Source: Candidatus Omnitrophota bacterium
Lineage (GTDB): Bacteria; Omnitrophota; Gorgyraeia; Zapsychrales; JAHFFX01
DNA length: 64,000 bases
Direction of reading: 5' to 3'
Assembly: GCA_023247705.1 (NCBI GenBank)
Contig: JAHFFY010000007.1
Coordinates: forward strand, 6,934 to 70,933
The translations under genes and the position numbers were made by a program. Within the stretch, counting starts at the first letter, position 1. Every line of letters starts with the position of its first letter. Below, in pieces: positions 20,068-30,400 of this stretch. The notes below the pieces were generated by a model. It was not told the DNA's origin, did not search any database, and saw nothing but the letters and a program-made list of their open reading frames with translations.

Positions 20068-20441
20068 TATTTCTCGGTCTTTTCTTGAGCGGCCACTTCC
20101 TCTAAAGCTTTTTTGCTGTATTTTTCAGGATCTTTATTAAAATCCTTGATGCACATTGTACAGCAAAGAGTGTACGCCTTACCTTGATATTCCAATTTGA
20201 CAGGCTCTCCCATACTTTCATCATGGACGGAATTGCCGCTGACCGGACAAATTTTATTACCGACTTCGACCAAATCAGATTTTTCATTTTCAACGATGGG
20301 TTGGCCATTCTCCTCGGTAGGAGCGGTCATCGCCGGAGCGGTTACGGCAGGGGCGGAAGCGACCTCTTCTCCATAGGCCAAAAAATAACCGTTCATTAAA
20401 AAAAGCGTCACAACAGAAAAAATCAATTTTAGTTTCATCAA
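20067..20441 (-). CDS. Secreted YHS/TRASH domain metal-binding protein
   Basis: NKICPVSG...YQGKAYTLCCTMCIKDFNKDPEKY; signal peptide; TAATG overlap with the next gene. Confidence 0.85.
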   Translation of the reverse strand: MMKLKLIFSVVTLFLMNGYFLAYGEEVASAPAVTAPAMTAPTEENGQPIVENEKSDLVEVGNKICPVSGNSVHDESMGEPVKLEYQGKAYTLCCTMCIKDFNKDPEKYSKKALEEVAAQEKTEK

Positions 20442-20510
20442 ACTCTCCTTATGCTGTTAGTTAAAAACGAAAATAAATTCAAAAACCAAAAAGATAAAAT
20501 TCGAAGATCA

Positions 20511-20915
20511 TTAAATTCGCAGGACAGCCAGTTTTAAATAGACCGGTTGATCAGCGGTCGCAATCAATGGCGGCGGTCTATTTTGGATAATAGAAAAAGG
20601 AAAAGAAATGATGTTTTGTAAAGATATGGGAACTTCCATCGATATATCAGGTGATTTTCTCTGATGAAAGTTCAGGAATGATTGCGTAAAGATATAAGGT
20701 TTATCGCCCGTGTTTAATATTTTAAGGCATAGACAATCTTTAGAATTGACAGGTTCTTTTTGCTTTTGAGCAGAACGTTCCGGATGGAAGGGACAATGTC
20801 CGCCGGCTGGTTGGAGATTCTTAACGAATGAATTATGCAGGCAACAGCAGATCATCGAAAGGGGGATCGCGAAGGCAAGAACAAAAACGACCACGATTTT
20901 TAATTGATCCTTCAT
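20511..20915 (-). CDS. Cys/His-rich leader protein with RPPP motif (HYC_CC_PP/DUF2946-like)
   Basis: N-terminal hydrophobic segment, CCC, HCPFH, CLC, C-terminal NRPPP...VYLKLAVLRI; first gene of a metal-related operon; start codon uncertain. Confidence 0.6.
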   Translation of the reverse strand: MKDQLKIVVVFVLAFAIPLSMICCCLHNSFVKNLQPAGGHCPFHPERSAQKQKEPVNSKDCLCLKILNTGDKPYIFTQSFLNFHQRKSPDISMEVPISLQNIISFPFSIIQNRPPPLIATADQPVYLKLAVLRI

Positions 20916-21006
20916 AATGGTTCCCATCATATCGCAAATCACCAGGGCGATCAAGCCATAAAATAATTCCTAAAAAAAATTAAAAATTTTTCTTTTCGGT
21001 TCAGAT

Positions 21007-21663
21007 TTATTCTGCCGATCCCAGATTTAACGTCTTAATAACCGATTTTTGGGGATAAAAATAAACCCGACCAGAGCGTTCATCAACCAGATATTCCGGA
21101 TCTTGCTCATCAAAGATGATCTGTTGAGCCGTCTCGCCGTTTTCCATATTGATGACCACAAGACCGATCCCTTTGTCCTGCCCTCCTGGACGGTGGTTAA
21201 AATATAGGCGTATTCTTCACCGCTCTGGCTTTTGCTGTATCGTTGATCAAGATATTTATCCATACTCTGAAATGGAGATGTGATTCGACAACGAAGACTG
21301 CCCCGCCGCATAGCTAATCTGAGAAGCGGTCACCGACATAGCGGTTAAAGCGACCATCGCGGCCACGCCCAACCCTGAAACGCCCGGGGCCGCGAAATAA
21401 TCAGACCAGATAATCTCTTCCGTTTTCGAATCAAAGGCCAACAGATGCTGTTTTCCTCTCACGACCAGATTCCCATCGGATTCTTTGGTGATGACCACCG
21501 GGTCATCCTTGCGATCAGATCCCATCGCCAACTTGGCACCGGCTTTAAGCATCCCGCCTAAACCGCCGGTCAACGCTTTGACCCCGGTGCTGGCCACATC
21601 TGTCGTTCCGATATTGAGTTGAAATTCCAAGGGCAACCGGAATGTCTCTTTGACTTTACCCAT
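21007..21663 (-). pseudogene. Frameshifted C-terminal fragment of a beta-propeller (PQQ-like repeat) protein
   Basis: Three consecutive frames join into one plausible protein ending ...KGIGLVVINMENGETAQQIIFDEQDPEYLVDERSGRVYFYPQKSVIKTLNLGSAE*; shifts near 21280 and 21180. Confidence 0.55.
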
Positions 21664-21808
21664 ACTTTTTTATCGATGCCGATGCCTGAACGCTGGGCCG
21701 ATTTCTTTCTAAAAAATGTTCGAGGGTATCTCTATACTCAATTGTTCGATAAGTACGCTGATACCCTCAAAAACATTCATCGCTTAAAAACCTCTCCCTT
21801 TATGCTTT

Positions 21809-22882
21809 TTAGGGAGATTCCATCGGAACGACATCAATCCTGATCTTCTCGAACCCCCGGATGATCGTTAAGGTCACAGCCTTGCCGATCGGCCACTGGG
21901 CCAGAAATCGATGCAAATCATCGACACTCGCAACGGTTTGTTCGTTAATCCCGATGATCGAATCAAACTCCCTTAAACGCGCCCGGTCCGCCGGGCTTCT
22001 CGGCTCGACCACTTCAATGCAGACGGCTGATTCGTTAGGCAGATTATAGTAGCGCGTGAACCGTCGGTCCAGTTTTGACTGCGCTCCGGCGATCCCTAAA
22101 TATCCCCGCACAACTTTTCCACGGGTCAATATCTGAGAGACCACCCATTGGACCGTATTGACGGGAATCGAAAAGCTTAAGCCCTGCGCCGCAAAGATGA
22201 TCGCGACGTTGATCCCGATCACTTTGCCGCGGGAATCGACCAGCGGCCCGCCGGAATTTCCCGGGTTTAACGGTGCCGTATGTTGAATGATATTTTCAAT
22301 CAACCGTCCATCCGGACTGCGCAAATGACGCCCAACGGCGCTGATGACCCCCGTTGAAACCGTCGACTGAAATCCCAACGGATTTCCGATCGCAATGGCC
22401 AATTGTCCGACCTTAAGCAACGACGAGTCACCTAAAGCCGCAAACGGTAATCGCGCGGCATTAATGCGGACAATTGCCAGATCCGTGGCCGGATCTTCTC
22501 CGATCAGCTGGGCGTCGTAATTGTCATGATTATCCAGCGTGACCGTCAGCCGTGTGGCGTTATGAACGACGTGACTGTTGGTCAGGATATATCCGTCCGG
22601 CGTAAAAAGAACTCCGGATCCAGCACCGCCTTCCTGCATCCCGTTTTTCTGAATCCGCTAGCCGATATTGATGCTGACCACCGATGGTCCAACCGTCTCG
22701 ACCACTTTGACCACCGCCCTCGAATAGGCGTCCAGCAAATCCGTGTCCGATTCGATCCGCGGATTCTGTGTTGGGCCTGAAAGAAGATCCTTGTGTTTGA
22801 CTTCTTCTTTCCCGGCTTCCAATCTTTCTTGAACACCCTCAACATACAAAAACTTACGATCTTCCCAATTGACAGCTTCCAT
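21809..22882 (-). pseudogene. HtrA/DegP-family serine protease with PDZ domain, interrupted by an in-frame TAG at 22658-22660
   Basis: LLDAYSRAV...GPSVVSINIG-TAG-RIQKNGMQEGGAGSG; TNSHV, DLA and GNSGGPL catalytic triad; C-terminal PDZ; both ORFs are in the same frame. Confidence 0.8.
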
Positions 22883-22899
22883 CTTCCTTGCCTCCTTGA

Positions 22900-22917
22900 A
22901 TACCAACTAGTTGGTAT
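22900..22917. promoter_or_regulatory. TetR-type operator upstream of degP
   Basis: Perfect palindrome ATACCAACTAGTTGGTAT; near-copy at 23535-23552. Confidence 0.75.
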
Positions 22918-22937
22918 GTTTTTTAATTTAAAAAAAA

Positions 22938-23531
22938 TTATTGCTTAAAAAGCATTCTAAAATAATTCTTTAAATGAGTTAAATTTTCTTTCACAACGGT
23001 TTTGTCCTGTTTCGCTTTCGCTAGAATCTGGGATCCTTCCAGGATCGAGATCCAATATTCCGCTAAAGCGCGCGGCTCGAATTTTGCTTTTGGAGCGTAC
23101 ATCTTCTTGGCGGCGGCCAAATCTTTCGCAATGCTTTCCGTCCATTGCGAAAATCCTTCGCAACAACGTTTCCTGATTGCGGGATGAGTGTCAAACAACT
23201 CTTGCGTCAGATATCCCATCAGGCAACCTGGCTTCCCCTGCGCTTCGAGCCCTTTGATGGATTCGTCGATGCGGTCTAAAATTTTCTGAAAAGGATCTTC
23301 CTGATCGTTCTTCGGGGTCGCAACGTGAATTTGTTCACAACAGGCTTCCAGCAGAACTGCCCCCAATGCTTCCTTGCTTTTAAAATAATGGAAAAATCCG
23401 CCTTTGGTTATTTTTAATTTCCGGCAGATTTCGTCGATGGATGTCGCGACGAAGCCTTTGCTGAGAATCAATTCCTCTGCGGTCTTGAGGATTTTTGCGC
23501 GCAACGATGAATTGGCTTTTTCTTTGACCAT
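22938..23531 (-). CDS. TetR/AcrR (NemR-like) transcriptional regulator
   Basis: HTH ILKTAEELILSKGFVATSIDEIC...TKGGFFHYFKSKE; GCLMG motif; start reassigned to the ATG at 23531, downstream of the promoter. Confidence 0.9.
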   Translation of the reverse strand: MVKEKANSSLRAKILKTAEELILSKGFVATSIDEICRKLKITKGGFFHYFKSKEALGAVLLEACCEQIHVATPKNDQEDPFQKILDRIDESIKGLEAQGKPGCLMGYLTQELFDTHPAIRKRCCEGFSQWTESIAKDLAAAKKMYAPKAKFEPRALAEYWISILEGSQILAKAKQDKTVVKENLTHLKNYFRMLFKQ

Positions 23532-23534
23532 AAC

Positions 23535-23582
23535 ATACCTACCAGTTGGTATGATTATATGCAAAATTAGAGCGATTGTAAA
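23535..23582 (-). promoter_or_regulatory. sigma70 promoter and autoregulatory operator of tetR
   Basis: TTTACA (23582-23577), 17 bp, TATAAT (23559-23554), immediately followed by operator ATACCTACCAGTTGGTAT (23535-23552). Confidence 0.75.
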
Positions 23583-23674
23583 TCTTTTTTTATTTTTATT
23601 CGGCAGCCGTACGATTTTATCTTATTTGGAATTGACAATCGTGATCCACTTATAGTAGAGTGCTCATCTAAAGA

Positions 23675-24952
23675 ATGAAAGGGCCAATGGAAACCAGGAA
23701 ACCAAACGACCCGTTCGCCGCGCTCAAAATACGGGACATCTGCTATTTTATTGCCTCCATCGCCTCGGCCGGGCTGGCCAACCGCGCGATGGTGGTGGTC
23801 ATCGGCTACCAGATTTATCAAATCACCAAAAGCCCTCTCGCCTTAGGATGGATGGGACTGGTTGAAGCGATTCCGGCGATTTCTTTGTCTCTGTTCGGCG
23901 GTTACGTGGCCGACCATCATGACCGCAGATCAATCCTGCTCATCACCAAAGTTGTTTCGGCGCTGTGCGCGGTCTTTCTGAGCTTTTTATCACTGCATTT
24001 AACTTCGGCGAATATTGTTTGGATTTACGTGACGATCTTCGCGGCCGGACTGGCCAGAGGGTTTTCCGATCCGGCCCATACCGCTTTCGAAGCCCAAGTC
24101 GTTCCCAAAAAATTGACCGTCAATGCCGCGTCCTGGATCGGCAGCACCTGGATCACCTCTTCCATCATCGGACCGGCGCTGGTCGGATTTAGTTATGATC
24201 TTCTTGGAGTGCCGAAAACATATTTGATCCTCGCGTTATTTTTTCTTTTATCGTGGATCAGCATCTTCCGGATTGCTAAAAAACCTTTTGTGAAACCGGC
24301 GCCAAAAGAGCCCCTCTTTAAAAGCATCGAGATTGGATTACGTTTTGTCTTCAAAGAACAGGCCTTGATCGGTTCGATGAGCCTGGATTTGTTCGCCGTC
24401 TTCTTTGGAGGCGCGATCGCGCTGCTTCCTATTTTTGCGACGGATATTCTTCACGTGGGGCCGCGTGGGTTCGGATTATTAAACGCGGCCCCTTCGCTGG
24501 GCGCACTCCTGATCATGCTATGGTCGACTCGCCATCCGCCCATCCGCAATGCCGGAGCGAATCTTTTGTTCTGCGTTACCGGATTTGGAATAAGCATGAT
24601 CGTTTTTGCATCTTCCAAAAATTTTATTTTATCTCTACTGGCCTTAATCTTCAGCGGGATATTCGATGGGATCAGCATGGTGATCCGCCGCTCCATCGTC
24701 CGGCTTCTTTCTCCGGAACATCTTCGCGGCCGGGTGGCATCGGTGAGCTGGATCTTTATCGGGGCTTCGAATGAATTGGGCGCGTTTGAAAGCGGAATCG
24801 CCGCCCATTGGCTGGGAACAATACCGGCGGTGTGGCTCGGAGGAATGGTGACATTGTTCGTTGTTTCAATAACCTATATCTTTGCGCCCAAATTACGCTC
24901 TTTACATTTAGATCCGCAAGAAATTGGTCCCAATAAAAATAATCTTTATTGA
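23675..24952 (+). CDS. MFS transporter (EntS/MFS_3-like)
   Basis: About 12 TM segments, motif A GGYVADHHDRR, SLDLFAVFFGGAIALLPIFA, PEHLRGRV, GASNELGAFESG. Confidence 0.9.
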   Translation: MKGPMETRKPNDPFAALKIRDICYFIASIASAGLANRAMVVVIGYQIYQITKSPLALGWMGLVEAIPAISLSLFGGYVADHHDRRSILLITKVVSALCAVFLSFLSLHLTSANIVWIYVTIFAAGLARGFSDPAHTAFEAQVVPKKLTVNAASWIGSTWITSSIIGPALVGFSYDLLGVPKTYLILALFFLLSWISIFRIAKKPFVKPAPKEPLFKSIEIGLRFVFKEQALIGSMSLDLFAVFFGGAIALLPIFATDILHVGPRGFGLLNAAPSLGALLIMLWSTRHPPIRNAGANLLFCVTGFGISMIVFASSKNFILSLLALIFSGIFDGISMVIRRSIVRLLSPEHLRGRVASVSWIFIGASNELGAFESGIAAHWLGTIPAVWLGGMVTLFVVSITYIFAPKLRSLHLDPQEIGPNKNNLY

Positions 24953-25047
24953 GCTTCTTTCTATTAAATTAAACGACACTCTAAATCTCTCGCCAGCGTT
25001 GATGTCGGAAGCGAGAGATTTAGAGTTGGGAAGGAAAAGCTCAATAA
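24946..25047 (+). repeat. Dispersed hairpin element, copy 1 (102 bp)
   Basis: TTATTGAGCTT...AAGCTCAATAA terminal inverted repeat, inner ACTCTAAATCTCTC/GAGAGATTTAGAGT stem. Confidence 0.85.
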
Positions 25048-25070
25048 CAATTTTCACAGCCAGGATTCTT

Positions 25071-26690
25071 CTAAAATTTTTTTTCCAAATCTTTAATCAT
25101 ATCTGCAATCTCTTGATGCACCCCGGTCAAATCGATCACACTCAACCCAAGTTGCAACTGTTCTTGCGGAAACGTCAGATTGTCGCTGATCAATAATCGG
25201 TAAGACACGGGATGAGACACATGCTTAGGTTGCAACATAAAATCGACGACGAACAAATCTCCTTCCATATGCCCGGTCAGGTTAATTATTTTTATCCACC
25301 GCTCCCAAGCGATTTCTTTGATGGCTAAGGTCGTGACCAGATAAGCCGTCCCGGGAATATCTAAATTAAACAGACCCAGTTCATCATATCGAGAGTGAAG
25401 CATCGGATTTTTGTTGAGGATAAAATGAATGCGCCGGCTTTTTTCCATGGGGAATAAAGAAAGCTGTTTCTTAACATCATTGAATTCCATAGCACAAGGC
25501 AGTACCCGGTATAACAAAATCGTCCGGGCTGCTTGATACGCGCCGTAACCAGAACCGCAGATCAAAATCATGGTCAAAAACAACCCCCGCCAGCGTTTCG
25601 GGATAAACAAATGCCATTCATAAACCGCCCAGATCAGAAGAAAAACAATAACGGTCGTCACCCCGACGCAACACCGGTACCAGGGGGCGTTGCCTTGTGC
25701 AGCCAGATTAGGCAAGAAACTCAAAATCAGGAAACCCGGCAGCAAAACCACGCCCAGCAATAAATCCCGGATAACACTTCGTTGATCAGGTTCGTGATGA
25801 CATCGTTTGGAAATCCGGAGGCAAAATGCGGAAAGAATGACGGTTGCAACCAGGAAACTCACATTCTGTATTGGAAATATATTCCACAGATTCAAAGAAC
25901 TGAAAACAACCTCATCTTTGAACCAGCTGAATTTCTGAAAATAATTCCAAGTCATCTGTGTAGGATCATAAAGTTTCCAGCTTTCGTCATAATGAAAAGA
26001 CGGTTTTACGCACTTGAGAATCACGGCGTAAATCATGATGACGGTCATCCCAACGGCAAATGTATTGAAAAGATGTTTCTTTTGTTCAGACCGATCGCCC
26101 TGATAACAGTTGAACAAAAAAATTCCCGCATTCACCGCCCAGAAAAACATGGCCCCAGGCGGATAAAACATCAAAGCAATCATCAACAAGAATGCGGATT
26201 GAAAAGTGTGTCGATCGTTTAAGTCTTTACTTCGAGTCAAAATCACGGTGGCCAAAAAGGAATAGAAGACGGATGCGAAATGAAAGATAATTCCCGATGA
26301 AGCCATCCAGACCTGAAAAGGCGGCTGGGTGAAAACGATGAGGACCGCGCAAAACCCCTGCGCCGGATTGACGGATTTCTGTTTGAGCCACCCGATGGTC
26401 ATCGTCCCCATGAGACTTAACAGGACCAGATTCAAGAATCGTAATATGTGAAGATCCACGATCCTGTTCAAAACATTCTGCAGACTCATCCCGACGATCG
26501 CTCCAATAAACCGGCCGCTGAAGAAGTCGTGAATATAACACGGAATGGGTAACCCCTTGGCAAATAAAACAACCTCATCGTGAAAAGCAAAATCAAACGC
26601 GAAAATCGGCCAATACGCAAAATAGAAAATGGTCAGAAAACTTAGAAAGATAAAAAGTTGTCCCGGAATTTTCTTTTTTTCGTAAGACAT
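25071..26690 (-). CDS. Polytopic membrane protein, GtrII-like (GT-C) glucosyltransferase
   Basis: About 11 TM segments, HDE acidic motif after TM1, GRFIG, YPP, WYR motifs, C-terminal periplasmic domain. Confidence 0.55.
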   Translation of the reverse strand: MSYEKKKIPGQLFIFLSFLTIFYFAYWPIFAFDFAFHDEVVLFAKGLPIPCYIHDFFSGRFIGAIVGMSLQNVLNRIVDLHILRFLNLVLLSLMGTMTIGWLKQKSVNPAQGFCAVLIVFTQPPFQVWMASSGIIFHFASVFYSFLATVILTRSKDLNDRHTFQSAFLLMIALMFYPPGAMFFWAVNAGIFLFNCYQGDRSEQKKHLFNTFAVGMTVIMIYAVILKCVKPSFHYDESWKLYDPTQMTWNYFQKFSWFKDEVVFSSLNLWNIFPIQNVSFLVATVILSAFCLRISKRCHHEPDQRSVIRDLLLGVVLLPGFLILSFLPNLAAQGNAPWYRCCVGVTTVIVFLLIWAVYEWHLFIPKRWRGLFLTMILICGSGYGAYQAARTILLYRVLPCAMEFNDVKKQLSLFPMEKSRRIHFILNKNPMLHSRYDELGLFNLDIPGTAYLVTTLAIKEIAWERWIKIINLTGHMEGDLFVVDFMLQPKHVSHPVSYRLLISDNLTFPQEQLQLGLSVIDLTGVHQEIADMIKDLEKKF

Positions 26691-26697
26691 AACACAA

Positions 26698-27474
26698 TTA
26701 TGAATGATTTATTTTTTGCCGCGTCTGGATCTGACGCAGGGCGTTCACATCCAGATGAGCTTCATCGGCCTGGGCGATGACTCTTTGCAATCTCGCGAGG
26801 GCTGTCCGCCCCATACATTTGTGATTCCAATCGCCTTCAAAGGCTTTCCGCATGCCCTGGATCAAGGGCGCGCGGTCCAATTGTCTTCCAATCAATTTGA
26901 ATTGGACATCCAACACATCACTGGCAACGCCCCGGGCAAACGGTTCGTGTTTAGACCAAAGTTCGCCGACGGTCCCGCCGACTTCTAATCCGGCGATATT
27001 GATCGTCAGAATATAAAGATTTTTTAAAACTAGCTCGAAAAGAAGTTCCTCTGTGCTTTTAAGAACACGGGTTGAGATCTGAAAATTTTTTAAGACCGTT
27101 TCAATCAACGGCGCATGAGGGCCAAAGACAGGAGACGGAATGATGACCTTGTAATCTTGCGGCCATTTTTTTTCGAACCATATCGAAATCACCGTCGGGT
27201 GCGCAAGGCCATGCCTTTCCCAATCGCAGGGAAGAAGTTCGTTTTGCACCAAGACAAGCCGGTCATGCCAAACCCGCGGGAGCGCGGATAAACACGCACT
27301 GAAATCTTTTTCCGCGACCGAGATAACGATCACCTCCGGATCAATCGCCTTTTCCAGCTTCGATAAATCCATACCGCGCAAAACCGGATAAACGGGATGT
27401 CCGGCTTTAAGAAACCCTCTGGCAAAAACACCACCGATCTCTCCCATCCCTACAATGCAGACTTGTCTTTTCAT
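26698..27474 (-). CDS. Rossmann-fold protein (ketopantoate reductase-like)
   Basis: VGMGEIG dinucleotide-binding motif, LVQNEL, KNLYILTINIAGL. Confidence 0.6.
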   Translation of the reverse strand: MKRQVCIVGMGEIGGVFARGFLKAGHPVYPVLRGMDLSKLEKAIDPEVIVISVAEKDFSACLSALPRVWHDRLVLVQNELLPCDWERHGLAHPTVISIWFEKKWPQDYKVIIPSPVFGPHAPLIETVLKNFQISTRVLKSTEELLFELVLKNLYILTINIAGLEVGGTVGELWSKHEPFARGVASDVLDVQFKLIGRQLDRAPLIQGMRKAFEGDWNHKCMGRTALARLQRVIAQADEAHLDVNALRQIQTRQKINHS

Positions 27475-27489
27475 ACTATTCTCTCTAGC

Positions 27490-30400
27490 TTACTGCGCCC
27501 AGCTTCCTCCCAACGCTTTAATTAACTGGACGGTCGATACGAGACTCCGATTAAGGATCTGAATGGATTGAAGTTCCGCCTGCAGCCGTGATCGTTCGGC
27601 GTCGGCCACCTCGAGAAAATTGACCAATCCCTGACTGTAACGGGATTTGGCCATACCGGCCGATTGTTGCGCGGCATCCACAACCACTTTTTGAATATCC
27701 CATTGCTCCCGTCCCAGCCGAATACGCACCAGCGCATCTTCCACTTCACCGAACGCGACGAGAACACGCTTGCGGTAAGTCGCGACTGCTTTATCGTACT
27801 GGCTCTTGGCCGCCTGCAGGTTCGCTTTATTTTTGCCGCCGTTGAACACAGGCAAAAACACATCCGGTCCCACTGACCACATACGACTCTCCCAATTAAA
27901 CAACGAACTCAACTCCATACTTTCAAACCCCGTTTTTCCCGTCAATGAAATCTTTGGGAAAAAAGCAGCTTGCGCGACACCGATCTGGGCGTTGGCCGCG
28001 GCCATCAGACGTTCCGCTTCGGCGATATCCGGACGGCGTTCCAATAAATTTGAGGTTAATCCGGGAGGAATGATCGGCGGGATGAGATCAAGAGGTTTTG
28101 TTTCGATTTTAAATTCGGCGGCGGACTTTCCGCATAACACGGCCAAGGTGTTTTCAATTTCTGCCCGTTGCCGGGCCACATCGATCTTGGCGGCCTGCAC
28201 TCCGGCTAATTCCGTCTGGGCCCGCGAGACATCCAGTTCGCTGACCAAACCGGCTTTAAAACGGTTTTCGACAACCGATAACGCATCGGTCCGTAAAAGC
28301 ATGCTCTTCTCTAATATCTGCACCTCGGATTCCAATTCCCTTAACATAAAATAATTTCTGGCCACATCCGCGGTCAGGGTTAACGAAACAGTCTGAAAAG
28401 CGGCCTCGCTCGCTTGCGCTTCGGCCAAAGCGGCATCGGAAGACGACTTCACCCGTCCCCAAAGATCCACTTCATAGCTAAGGTCCAACGGAACTTCATA
28501 AGAATTACTTGGGTTCTTCGGGGAAAAATCTCCAAACGTGTTTTGTGATGTCCGTTCCCGGGTGTATTGTGCCGATAAGTTAGCTTCCGGATAAAAGGCC
28601 GATTGATTCAGTTTAGCGACCGCACGGGCCTGATTCAAACTGGCCAGAGCGATCTTTAAATCCTGATTGAAATGCATCGCTTCTTTTTCCAAATCATTTA
28701 AAAGCGGATCATTGAAAACCATCCACCATTCCCCTTGGGCAACATGATCACGCGGGCTGGCCTCTTTCCACGCCGGGTCGGTGGTTTTCCAATCGGCGGG
28801 GATACTGGCCTCGGGAATATGATAACGCGGGGCGCGCATACAACCGCTCAAGAAAACAATCAGGATCATCGCCGCGCCAGCGGTCTTGATCACAGATTGA
28901 TTGAAGTTGGAAAGATTCGTGGGCGGCGCCATTTTATTTTTCCTGGGACTCAAAAGAACATAAACCACCGGAATAACAAAAAGCGTCAAAAAAGTACTGG
29001 TCAACATACCTCCGACGGCAGCGACTCCTAACGGCCGGCGACTTTCTCCACCGGCACCGAAACCGATCGCGATCGGAAGAATCCCAGCGATCGTCGCGGT
29101 GGCGGTCATGAGAATCGGTCGCAATCTGATCAAACCGGCCGCCAGCATCGCCTCGCGCGCCGTTTTTCCCTTGCGGATTTGCTGATTGGCAAAATCGACG
29201 AGTAGGATTCCATTCTTCGTAACAAGTCCGATCAAAAGCAAAAACCCGATCTGGCTGAAAAGGTTAATCCCCATCGCCGGAATTCTCGGAATTTTTCCCG
29301 ACAGCCAATGTCCCGGCGGGATCGTCATTCCCCAATGATCGATCAGACTCACACACCAAAGACCACCGAAGGCGCCAAAGGCCGCGAGAGGAACGGTCAG
29401 CATCACGGTCAAAGGATGGACGAGACTCTCAAACTGAGAGGCCAAAACCATGTAAATCACCAGAACCGCCAGAATCAATACAATGAAAATATCCCTGCCG
29501 GATTCGATCAAGTCCCGGGCCTCCCCGGTCCATTCATAACGGAAATCCGCCGGTAAATCCGTTTTAAGCAGGTTCTGAACTTTCTGGACGGCCACCCCCA
29601 ACGGCACGCCGACCGGAGTCCCTTCGATAATCGCGGAACGAAAACGATTAAAATGCTGAATAGCACTCGGTCCCGCTCCCGTCTCATAAGATACAACATT
29701 ATTTAATTGGATCAACTCTCCATGAACGTTTCGCACATAAAGACGTTCCAGATCCGACGGAGTCAAACGGGATTCCCGCTTAAGCTGGACAATGACATCA
29801 TATTCCTTTCCAGAAAGATTCAGTTTACTCAGATCCAATCCTCCGAAAAGAATCTGCAGCGTGTGAGAAATATCTTCGACAGAAACGCCTAAGGCCGCCG
29901 CGCGATTACGGTCGATCAATATTCTTAACTCCGGTTTATTCAGCTCGAAGGTCGAACGGACATTCGCCAGATATCCTGATGTGCGCAGTTTGCCGCTCAA
30001 TTCATCCGCATAGCGGCTGATCGCATTTAAATCGGTTCCCTGGAGAACAAGCTGAAAAGGCTGGGTGAATCCGCCACCGATCGATTTGGGAATGATCGGG
30101 ATGACGATCGCGCCTTCGATATTTTGAAAAAATTTTGAACCGAACCCAAACGGACCACCGACGATGTCGCGCACATGCCGTTTGCGATCTTCTTTCAAAC
30201 GGATAAATGAAAGCCCCTCGGCCGCCCGGCCCGGTCCGCTGCGGGCTAAAGCGACCGCGGAGAAATATCCTTCCACCTCCGGTGTTTGAGCAATAATCTC
30301 CTCTGCTTTCTTCACCATGCGGTCGGTATATTCGCTGGTGGATCCTTCCGGAGCGACGACAATACAAAACAGACGCCCTTTATCTTCTTCAGGCATGAAT

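Noticed and set aside
24924-25196. ORFs 24924..25196 (+), 53662..53937 (+) and 53817..54053 (-) containing related peptide (e.g. ARDLELxRKSSIT in the two plus-strand ORFs)
   Set aside because: They are translations of the repeat element, overlap real genes and lack SD sequences
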